A DNA stretch of 64,000 nt from Octopus sinensis (lineage: Eukaryota): NCBI RefSeq assembly GCF_006345805.1, contig NC_043012.1, forward strand, positions 46,314,001 to 46,378,000, given 5' to 3'. Under the pieces are notes generated by a model, which saw only the letters and a list, made by a program, of their open reading frames with translations, had not been told where the DNA came from and made no database searches. This document shows, in pieces, positions 52,858-64,000 of the stretch; within the stretch, counting starts at the first letter, position 1, and each line of letters begins with the position of its first letter. Both the position numbers and the translations under genes were made by a program.

Positions 52858-53348
52858 GACATAGAGATTACAAAAATAGGGATTCTCTCTTTGAAACTGA
52901 TAATTTTGAAAATTCTTTTCGATTACAGAACGCCCTGCTCTCTCATGTATCCATATTTAACATTTCTGGGCGATCTGATGAACAATACTCGAGTTATAAT
53001 CGCACAAGAAACAGACAGACCGGGATTTATATATTAGATACACACAAACTTATATTAAATTATTGTTAAACATTGAATTTGAATTACTTTTAATTTTTAC
53101 TCGGGATGTAACTTCTGAATCAGGCAATTGTGACCGAGAGAACGTCTGCTACAAATGAGGTTTTTGTTTTCACACGGGTAACCTCTAAGACGATCGCTAG
53201 AAGCAGGACGAAAATAAATTAACTGCGACCAGGTTCAATAAGAGGAGCCAGAATAATTGGGTGTAATTACATACTTGAAGTCAGCGTTGGCAGAAATTAA
53301 ATCAGCTTGCAAAAACACGCTCACTTTACTAAATTTATACTCGGCCTG

Positions 53349-53423
<75 letters not shown>

Positions 53424-53434
53424 ATCTATCTATA

Positions 53435-53481
<47 letters not shown>

Positions 53482-53496
53482 ATATCTATCTATCTA

Positions 53497-53559
<63 letters not shown>

Positions 53560-53565
53560 GGACAG

Positions 53566-53634
53566 GAATGTAAAGACTCATGATATTGTGACATGGTATT
53601 ACGACAGAGTTGGCGATACACGAAACAGCATCAG
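53566..53634 (+). CDS. Candidate 69-bp symmetric (phase 2-2) coding exon
   Basis: CCCTGGACAG| ... CAG|GTAAGC (strong donor); open frame (x)[22 protein letters not shown](R/S). Acceptor has a poor pyrimidine tract. Confidence 0.35.
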
Positions 53635-53774
53635 GTAAGCAAGCATATACACAAACACGCACATACACATACGTATATAGATGTGTATATATTTATATAT
53701 GCGTATATATACACACATACACACACACACGTACACACGTACACATACACACACACACGTACACACGTACACAT

Positions 53775-53822
<48 letters not shown>

Positions 53823-54904
53823 TATATACATATATATGCATACGTAGATATATGTTTTTGTTTATGTGCGTGTAATCTATATATGACACCTTCAGCAGAG
53901 CAATGTAGGAATGTTACTGTTTCTACATACTGTATTATAGAAGTGATACGGATACTTTCCAAGCATGAAGAGCACGAATAAACTTATATTTTACTGTAAA
54001 AATACGAACATATCACTAAAATGAGGGTTAAATTTTAATTTAAAATCAATAAGGTGGTTATGTTCTCAAGCATATATACATAAATATACAAGTACATACA
54101 TATATATATGTTTATATTTACAAATGTGTATGTGTGCATGTTTGTGTATGCGTGCATGTGTGTGCGTGTATGTGTGCATGTGTGTATGTGTGCATGTTTG
54201 TATGCATGTGTTTTGTGTATATGCTTGCCTAACTGATACTGTTTGGTGTATCACCAGGTCTGTCGTAGAACCAGCTCTCAATATCATGACTCTTCACATT
54301 CCTATATAAGGATATGATTTGTGAACGTCTGTTTTTCCTTATTAACTACGTCTCTACAGGTAGCTACTGATATATTAAAAAGAAATGGGTGTATTAATCG
54401 GTATACTACTTTCCGCGCATACTTTCCCCCCAAATTGCACGCATTTAGTAGCCCATAAATTTGCCAACTTGAATCCTTATAAATTTTCTTTTCTAGACAA
54501 GGAAATACTTTGAACTTGGAAGGCTCGGTAAATTTGACAAGTATATGGTGTTTGAGAAGAACAACAAACACAACAACAGCAGCATCCAAATAAAAAATAG
54601 CAGCAGCACAACTGGAGTTTACCAGAATCAATCGCTGTTTAATATGCAGCAACGCTAAATCATTATTCGCAAAAGTATCGAATAAGAAAGAACAAAAAAA
54701 ATTAATAATAAACATCCCGTAAAATGCTGAAAGACACGTAAGTAATACTCTGTAAAATTTACTGATATTTGCAACCTATAAATGATGTATTACAAATGCT
54801 TGCTGAAGCTTCTCACGGAAAGTGTAAACACTGCCACTGAAGCACGGTCCATATCAACAGAATTCCCTCCGTTTGCATGAAACATACATGCACTAACACA
54901 CGCA

Positions 54905-54937
<33 letters not shown>

Positions 54938-55078
54938 TACACATACACAGCCACACGCAGCTTACAAGCACACACATGCAAACAGACACAAACACAAAAC
55001 TGTAATGAATATTTAGTGTTGTATCATCCCACAGAAGCTTCAATTGGTGAATGCGTGATGGTCGTGTTTTATTTATAT

Positions 55079-55120
<42 letters not shown>

Positions 55121-55125
55121 TAACC

Positions 55126-55194
<69 letters not shown>

Positions 55195-55759
55195 TGTTTC
55201 TTTTAATATGAGTCCTGCGGGAATGGGCTAAGTTTAGTACCTATGATCATTTAGGGCTATCACTATTAAGAATGTTCTGAAAACCAGTAATTTTACAGTA
55301 CCTTAATGCATGCACGGTGTTTTAGATGAGATAGTAATATCACCTTATTGCAGATGCACTGGCATAGTATAATGTAATGCAACCCATCGATATGTTGTTG
55401 TGAGCATTAAATTTTATCAATTACAAACATTTTAACTTAAGTGTCAATTACATTGTAATCCAGCCGAACGTTGTGAAAAGACAACCCAAAACTTCAGACT
55501 GCGATTACTGTTTGTAATTCTGCTAGGATTGTATATCTAGAAATATTCGTTTCAGCCCTAAAATTGCCATTTTACTCGTATATAGCACCATCATCTTCAT
55601 CACTTTATCGTAAAAAAGTGGTTTGTAATGGTTAAGGCGGATTGAATGAACCGGAGACATTTTACGCCTTTCTCTTTCCTATCAACGTTGTCAATAAAAG
55701 GCCAGAAATTGAGTTTCTGTACCGTTACTCGATATTCTAGAATTAGCAGCCAAGTAGCT

Positions 55760-57100
55760 CTCTACTTGCACTCAGCCTGACAAACCTCGCTTGACCTCAC
55801 ACTGTAGATTTAATAAGCAGATCAGCAGATTCAGCCGTGGCGCCACCAACACCAACAAACATACCGACACCGAGTTTCCCCCAAACACTTCTTGGAATCC
55901 GAAGATGTCCCACTTCCCGATGCGGAGCGGGTGGACATCAAAGGTGGAGAGTTGGAGCGCCATGAGGAGTGGATGTTAAAAAAAAACGGAAAAAGAGACA
56001 GAAAAGAAAACAAGCATATAAACAAATCTTCATCCACATGGGCAAATCCTCATCCACACATGAAGTAGAACGAACAAAATCAAACCTACAAAACCAAATA
56101 AACCCAAAACTAACAAAACAACGACACACAACCTCTAACACCTGAAATACAAGCCGTTCCACACACGCAACAACAACAACAACAACAATCATAACTACAA
56201 CCCCCACCACCATAGCAACATCCACAACAACAATAACAGCAAAAACAACAACAACAGACGAATTAAAGACACTAGCATTACAAACTACATGGCAATAGGC
56301 ACCAAAAAACAATGACTTATTGAAGTACATAATAATAACACACACAAACATTACACGAAAAGATTTTGTCACACTTACAATCTCCCTAACTGAACACATA
56401 CAAATGATTCAAATAATACAAAACACATGCACGCACTTAAAAGCTCAATTCTTACAGGAAATCGGAGATTTTCTTGGGAATATCACTGTGATAATTCTTT
56501 GTGATTTTCTGTGGAAACACTCCAAGCCAACAGGAGGGACGGGCAATCCACATCCCCAAACAAAACCAAAACAAAAAGTTTTCCTTTTCTTTTTCTGACA
56601 ACATCATCGTGTACAGAATCGGCAGCATGAATGTACGTGGCATTGGAAACAGGGTCACCTGTTCAACGACCTCAGGGAAATGAATGTTGACGTGGTGGCC
56701 ATTGTTGAAACCAGAATTTCCGACTCACGATATTTCCAACCTATTTTCAGTGGCAATGAGACGTACGCGTTCCCAAGTTTTCGGGAGCGGGAGGCGAAAT
56801 CCCCATGATAGTTCGGAAAAATCTGGATCGTACAATACAGACGATCTTCCCGTATGCGGAAGGTTATTCGGTGGTCGTGGAAGTGAGAGACAGCGAAGGA
56901 TATACTTTCAGGCTAGCTGCTGTGTATACCAAAACAGAGGCAAGATGACAAGATTTCTTCAGATGTCTCGAAATCGTCCGCTCTTTAGTATTAGTAGGGG
57001 ATTGGAATGGAGTTTTAGATGTAAGACAGCATTGTGTTGATTTAGCAGATAGGAGAGGAGGATGCAAAAGCCTCACAAATCTGCTCAGACGATTTCATCT
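55760..57100 (+). mobile_element. L1/Tx1-type LINE 5' part (ORF1 remnant plus APE endonuclease start), cut off at its 3' side
   Basis: IGSMNVRGIG, DVVAIVETR, RLAAVY, LVLVGDWNGVLD (APE motifs) at ~56620-57030. Confidence 0.75.
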
Positions 57101-57104
57101 GTTG

Positions 57105-58350
57105 CTATTGATACCTAGATTAGAACGCATTCTTTTCTTGATGATCTCTGACAACTATACCTGTCCTATTGACCTCAATTTCTCTATCTGTGTGTTTTGG
57201 CATATCTCATAGTATGGTTGCTTTCTCGTTTTCTGTGACCTTTTCTGGCGTGTGCCTAGACCATCTTTTTCTGCTGTTATTCCATTGTGTTGGCATAGCT
57301 TCCAGTGTATAAATGTCTCAACTCTGTCGTGTCTGTGAACATATTCCTTCTTAGACAGCACTGGGCAGCCAGAGACAATGATTTATTATTTCTTGTCCAT
57401 CTCCACACAATCTGCAGTCACTTGTTATGTTTCTTTTCATTATATGCTTTTCGTAATTTCTGGTAGAGAGGATTTGGTCTTGTGATGCAATTTAAAATGC
57501 TTCAGTCTCTGACGTAAGTCCTCATTGTTGAGATTTTGCTTTGTCTATTTCTTTTGCGTTTAGTTTAACCCAGTACTTTCTTGCCATCTTTTTATCATGA
57601 TCTGCTACTGTTTCAGTTTTAGTTTGGATTTCAGTTGTTTTATAGCATTTTTGTTTCTTCTTTTTTTCATAGTTGTTTTGTAGTATGACTTGTTTTTTGT
57701 ATTTGTCAGCTTCCTTAAAGCCTGAAAATAGTCTTATTGCTTTGTTCGCTTATGCGGCTTTTTGTATTAGTTTTACTTCCTTCTGGAGTAGGTATTTTTG
57801 TAGTCCAATGGTGGTTAATTTGTAATAGTTTTCTAGCTGTATAAGGTCTGTACCACCTTCTATACGTTGTATATATAACCTTTCTCTATCAGATTTTTGG
57901 TGGTCAATCCTAAATGCTTTCATTATTTTTCTCGTTTTCTTGTCTATTTTAATTAGTTCATTTAGTATCCAGTTAAGGATATTGTAGCTGTAACATATGA
58001 CTGGAACGGCTAGAGCGTTGCTACCTATTATCATGTTTTTCGCATTGAGTTCTGTTTTCAGTTTTAATCCAATTCGTCTATAGTATTTATTTAAAAAATT
58101 TTCTCTCACATTTGCGTGTGCTGTATCGTATCTAGTTCATTGATTCCTAAGTAGTTGTATGTCTGGCTTTGATCTATTTCTCTTATTTCATTTGCTTTAT
58201 CTTGTATGACGTTGCTAATTTGAACTCTTCTCAAGGTTGCTTTGACACCTTTTTCTAAGCCAAATTTCATGTTTATTTCGTTGGTAAATCCATGTACTGC
58301 CTGTAGTAATGTTTCAGCTGTTTATCACTTGTATCGTACAGTTTTAATTC
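57105..58350 (-). mobile_element. R4/Dong-type LINE fragment (post-RT region to RLE start)
   Basis: KYYRRIGLKLKTELNAKNMI..LAVPVICYSYNILNW...IDKKTRK...RLYIQRIEGG and KKEYVHRHDRV..IHWKLC; homologous to 38835-39655. Confidence 0.85.
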
Positions 58351-58943
58351 ATCCACATATACAAGAGGTGGCTGCTTGTTTTGCCGAAATAATTGTATCC
58401 ACATCCAGTTCTGTTTAGCATGTCAGATACATATATATATATATATATGTATGTATGCATGTATCTATATATGTAACTCAATCCACCCCATACAGCATAA
58501 CGTTTCGTAGCCTTCTTAGAAGCACCTAGCTCCTCAACCCCGGTTGAACGAATGGATACGATGGAGGAAGTTTCTAGATGGCTACAGAAACTAGGCAGCC
58601 ATTCGTCACAGCGGGTCAAATGGTATTGTTTGAAGTGAGATCGTCATTCCAGAGATGCATTAAAATTTCTTGGACTGCGTGGATGGATAGGAAGCTTGAG
58701 GCAGCAAGCTATCTGGCCGGTCTTTCTAGGGAATCGCATGCAGAGTGGGGGGTGTATATGTGTGTACAAGATGTATGAGTGCTTAGATGTCGGTGTCTGT
58801 TGCTTATACCTATGTATCTGCTACATATTTTGGGTGGGGGCATGTGTATAATCATGCGTGTGGGTGAGAGTTGTGGGCATCACCCCGTTAGTGTGTATAT
58901 GTGTGTTTGCAAGGGAGTGTGTACTTAGGAGTGAGGGTACGTA

Positions 58944-60232
58944 CGAGGGGCGTTCAATAAGTAATGCCTCTGACCCACTTCCCATAACAGTAGAGCAACG
59001 AAACTTGGCACAATTATTAGTCTTTTTCTACATAGAAACCACCCAGAGTTACGCATTTCTCCCATCGTTTGATGCAGCTCTGGAGACCGTTTTTGTAGAA
59101 GACCCCAGCCTGGTCCTCCAACCACGACGTGACTTCAGAAATCAAGGCTGCATCATCTGGGAAACGCCTTCCTTTCAAAAACAACTTCATGGCTGGGAAG
59201 AGGTGAAAATCAGAGGGTGCAAGGTCAAGAGAGTAGGGAGGATTGGGGAGGAGTTCATAGCGGCACGCCTGTGCTTCTGATCGGGCGACACACGAGTTGT
59301 GGACCGGAGCGTTGTCCTGCAGGAGGAAGATGCCTTTGCTGATCTTGCCCCGCCTCTTGATTTTGATAGCTTCTCTTAATTTCTTCAAAAGTGAAGCATA
59401 ATAGGCTCCTGTAATTGTGGTACCCTTTGCCAGGAAATCTGTCATCACTACTCCGTCCTGGTCCCAGAAGACTGTGAGCATGACCTTGCCAACGGAGGGC
59501 TGTACCCTTGCCTTCTTTAGAGGAGGTGAGTCACGGTGCTTCCACTGCATTGACTGGGCTTTGGTCTCTGGATCATAGTGATGGACCCAGGTTTCATCCT
59601 GTGTAGTCTTTTGAAAAATTTTGACTCATCTTCTTGGCACATCTCCAAATTCATCCTCGAGCACTCGACGCGTTCTTGCTTCTGGAAAGGTTTGACCAAC
59701 CTGGTACTCCATCTGGCAGACACCTTTTGCATATGCAAATGGTTATGAATTATAGTTTCCACAGACCCGGTACTAATCTTGACCTCATGGGCTATTTAGC
59801 GTATAGTTATGCGTCGATCTTCCAAAATGGCAGCATCAAATTGACGGACAGATGCCTCATCAATGGCAGAAGGGGGGCGACCAGATCTGGGATCTGTTTC
59901 CACAGAGTTCCGACCATGTTTGAATTCACGATGCCAGCGTTTTACAAGGTCATATGATGGGGCATCATCACCATGAGTTACTTTCATTTCATCAAAAGTC
60001 TCCCCTGATGTGCGTCCATTCAAATACAAAAACCGGATCACTGCTCGACACTCAACAGGCTCCATTTCACACTTGACTCAGTTCAAACACCTGTAAATCA
60101 GAAACCACATTTAGTTCAGAGCTGTAATTTGCCAGTTTATCTATGGAGATATAAATGTTTGCACATGCACAATTTCAGCTAGATCAAACAACTGCAAGTG
60201 GGTCAGGGACATTACTTATTGAACGTCCCTCG
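58944..60232 (-). mobile_element. Full-length (~1.29 kb) mariner transposon with a frameshifted transposase
   Basis: TIRs CGAGGGGCGTTCAATAAGTAATG and CATTACTTATTGAACGTCCCTCG; TA on both sides (58942-58943, 60233-60234). ORF pieces 59796-60065, 59517-59762 and 59017-59550 include QDNAPVH and PPYSLDLAPSDFHLFP. Confidence 0.95.
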
Positions 60233-60599
60233 TATCAGTCATGTGTGAGTACTCACGTACGCGAATATATGGATGTATCCTTCAGCTGTGTATATCGGCT
60301 GAGTTTGTGCCAGTTGTATGCGTGTGTATGTAAGTGTGTTTCCGACTGTGTGTGTGAATATGTGCCTGTTGTATACACGTGTGCGCGTGTATGTGTTTAG
60401 GATGCATGTATTGGTATGTGTTCGAATGGATGGTTGGTGAATGAGAGTATGCACATTTCTATATATGTATGTGTACGTATGAATGCCTGCATATTTGTCC
60501 GGAAGAATATGTAAGCAGGTGTGCGTGTATTTGCATCCGGTGAGTGTGTGTTAGTGTACATGATTGAGTCTCTTGTCGAAGACGACGTATGAGCGATTA

Positions 60600-60760
60600 G
60601 TTTTACCGAACAAACTGCACAAGTGGTTTGTTTACAGTGATCAAAGCCCCATCAAGTCAACGTCGTCTGAACAGGTGTCATGCGTCAGGTGGCGAAGTGA
60701 TCGTAAAGCAACATGACATGGAGTGTTTTGTTCATGAACACAACGTACTACAACGTCTAC
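60600..60760 (-). mobile_element. Degenerate SINE fragment
   Basis: GCAACATGACATGGAGTGTTTTGTTCATGAACACAACG is the reverse complement of the SINE core at ~61535-61570. Confidence 0.55.
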
Positions 60761-61404
60761 TCATTGAAATCACAATCTAGCATGATCCACCACCCTTCTC
60801 CACTAGGCCATGCGCCCTCACACACACGCTCACACACATACCCACACACGCACGCACACACACATACCCATATACAAATCTGAGTACTTTTGGAATTTGA
60901 GTGTTTGAATATGAAAGATATATGTCTTAGTGTGGTTCCAAATGCATTGCTGGGAATGACGGAGGAAAGTGGCGCTGGGTTGATGTTTCGTGGTTTTAGG
61001 AGATAAAAACTTGTTTGTATTAGGGGCGGGGGAAGAAATAGAGGAAAAGCATACATGCATAGATGTATGTTTATATTGGTGTGTGCGTGTACCCACGTGC
61101 ATGGAGAGGGACATAGGTTTTTTATAGGGGATGCAAAAGGTCGGAATGTCAGCCTGTGTTTTGTGTAGGCATCGATGGTAAGAAATACTGTCCTTGACTG
61201 TGAAGCAGCCAGGGTTAAGGCGCAGTCAGTTTTAAGTGGGTACGGTTTTCATAGCGTCTATTGTCATTAATAGCAGGCGCGAAGGCATTCTTGCTCTTCG
61301 TTCTGACACTTGAAACTCCGAGTACTATTATAACAACTTACTCTTTGTTCTGAATTATAACGTACATAAATAATCCTCTATTTATCTAATATCGAGACTC
61401 ATCC

Positions 61405-61456
<52 letters not shown>

Positions 61457-61770
61457 GGAGGCGCATGGCTCAGTGGTTAGAGCGTCGAGCTTACGATCGT
61501 GAGGTTGTGAGTTCGAATCCCGGACCGGGCTGCGTGTTGTGTTCTTGAGCAAAGCACTTTATTTCACGTTGCTCCAGTTCACTCAGCTGTAGAAATGAGT
61601 TGCGACGTCACTGGTGCCAAGCTGTATCGACCTTTGTCTTTCCCTTGGATAACACTGGTGGCGACTACTGGTCTTCCATAAAAACAACCTTGCCCAGACT
61701 TGTGCCTCAGAGGGTAACTCTCTAGGTGCAAACCCATGGTCACTCATGACCGAAGGGGGTCTTTACCTTT
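61457..61770 (+). mobile_element. Well-preserved tRNA-derived SINE (Arg-like head)
   Basis: A box TGGCTCAGTGG, B box GTTCGAATCC, ACG at the anticodon position; the anticodon stem does not pair and a SINE body follows, so it is not a tRNA gene. Confidence 0.85.
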
Positions 61771-61920
61771 TATTATTATCGTTATTATTATTATTATTTT
61801 TGTTGTTGTTTGTTGTTGTTATTATTATTGTTATTATTATTATGTAATAAATACATATATATATGTATACAAACATATATACATACACACGAACGCACGC
61901 GCATACACGTGCAAACACAT

Positions 61921-61952
<32 letters not shown>

Positions 61953-63359
61953 TGATTAACACTTAAGTATGCATATATTGGCAATTAAACCATAACGCAA
62001 TCAATTAGAAGCCATTTAAAAACTTTGTTCAATCCGAGTTTCACTTTCATGGCGTTCTCCCTATCTTTCATGATTTCAAATCGATAAAGCTTCACCCATC
62101 TAATAAATATCAAATCTTATAAACCTGTCACTCTTTTTGCCTATGATTTTTTTCTTCTGGAACAAATCAGTTGGATTCAGATCTGCAGAGGGCTGCCCTC
62201 GGTCATGTCTAAAATTGTCTAATGCTCGTTGTGAGTCACGACGGCGCCCCTACGACAACACGAAAGACTTCAATGCACAAGAAAATTACATGTCAAAAAT
62301 AGTTGGAAATTCATTTCTTATTCTATAAATTTTAAACAAGATGTGAATATTTATGTTTTGAATTATGAACAGAAGCAAGAATTCTGGTGAAGAAGTAAAA
62401 ATGACTGCTTCCTTTCGTGTTATTCCCGTGCATACTGTGTATGAATGACAGGAGCTTGAAGAACTGTACATTTTGACTTAACATTGAAGGAATGCAGCGT
62501 ATACTCGATAATGTTTGATGTACTGTGAAATTGTGGAACATTTTAAATAAAATATTTACGATCTCTGTAACTCTGAGGCTTGTTTATGAAAATAATGGGT
62601 GTTCCTCCCAAATTACCTTGACACACATGTATGTTGTACCGATAAATTTGCTAAAACGAAATGACCCAGATAGTAAAAAAACATACTTCTAAGAAAAAAT
62701 ACCTGACTTTGCTCAGATAAACACGCACCCGCGAGCACTCGCACACTTGAAACTGACTGTGTAGAAAATCAATCAAATGATTGTCAACAAGTAGATTAGA
62801 TGAAAAACAGACAGGAGAAGAAACCGAAGGATTTATGACGTCCCTCGTACTTCTAACAGAGAAAGACAAAATTTCAAAATGTTATTTCCTCATCAGAGGA
62901 AATTGAAAGTAAAGCTGTGAAAGTAAAGCCATGAAATTGATGATATATTTAATTTTGTAATGTAGCATAATAGCAAACCGATGTTATAGATAAACAATCT
63001 CAAAGATTTATTTCAATAATGATTATGAGAAAAGTAATACAGCCGTTTCACAAACATCTAAGAAACATCATCTACAGAATAGATAACGAAATGCTTAACT
63101 GATATAAATGATAGAAGAGATTAATTTATTGTAACTACAGTTATATTAGAGGCAAACTTTCTGGATATTTAGATTTTTCCTTTTTTTTGTCATGTTTGCT
63201 AGAAAGATAGCGAAACATATGGCTTAAGAGATAAAACCTTTTAATCTTCATTTAAATCAAAACTACTGTACTCATACTCACACGCACTTCTCTTTCTCGC
63301 CCAAAATGCCTACACTTATATATACGTACGGTTAAAACTGGAAGTAGAGATAAATGCAT

Positions 63360-63860
63360 AGGTTTATATATATATGTATATATGTGCGTGTGTGTGTTTT
63401 CGTGTGTGTATGTATGTATATATATATGTTTATTTATATATATATTATTCATATATGAATATATATATATGCACACACATATTTAACCTACATAAATGCA
63501 AACATACATACAAGTGTATATATATATATATATATATAATATATATATATATATACATATATACATACATATATATATACATACATATATATGCATATAT
63601 ATATATTTATGTATATATGTGTGCATATAAATATGTGTATATGTACACACAGACACATATAAATACAAAGATAAATGTATATATGTATATGTGTGTGTTT
63701 CTGTGTGCATGTGTGTGTGTTTGTATGTGTGTGTGTATTTGTGTGTGTGTTTCTGTGTGCATGTGTGTGTGTTTGTATGTGTGTGTGTATTTGTGTGTGT
63801 GTTTGTAAATGTGTATGTATGCGTATGTGTGTCCGTATATACACGCAGACACACATAAAC
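63360..63860. repeat. Compound (TA)n/(TG)n microsatellite field, representative of dozens in the window
   Basis: Direct reading; source of the YI/HT/CV pseudo-ORFs. Confidence 0.95.
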
Positions 63861-64000
63861 GAACATATACAAAATTATCCAGTAAGTTAACAGGATATAT
63901 TTGTCATATTTAAGCATATACAGTAGCCCATTGCGTGTGTATATGTATATATTAGTGTGGTTACACTTGTGTAGGTGCGTACATGTGTTTGCATGTATGC

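Noticed and set aside
61457-61530. tRNA-Arg gene
   Set aside because: Anticodon and acceptor stems do not pair and the sequence continues into a SINE body.

Overview
AT-rich, repeat-dominated eukaryotic DNA, most likely a cephalopod (Octopus-like) intronic or intergenic region. This is inferred from the tRNA-derived SINE types and the dense (TA)n, (CA)n and (AAT)n tracts. No complete host gene is visible; there are two candidate + strand exons (10641-10774, 53566-53634). Most recognisable sequence is decayed mobile DNA: a HERO-type and several R4/Dong-type RLE retrotransposons, one nearly complete and two partial Penelope-like elements (PLEs), an L1/Tx1-type and a CR1-like LINE fragment, a full-length mariner, other Tc1/mariner relics and many SINEs. 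Main discovery: two arrays (7316-9996, 42966-46705) of a ~530-bp unit, each unit carrying a type I hammerhead ribozyme (13 copies, 12 with a canonical core). Helix III is a tiny palindrome. Both arrays are built as head-to-head inverted arms inside (TA)n. They end at the same two hairpin+CTTAT positions, and one of these terminal hairpins recurs beside the autonomous PLE. This fits a PLE-mobilised retrozyme (circular RNA) system. Further hammerhead variants occur at 2145-2186 and 25501-25538 (U3-A8 compensatory core), with degenerate ones at ~16320-16355 and ~51155-51195. All calls are by eye; no alignment, folding or database search was run.
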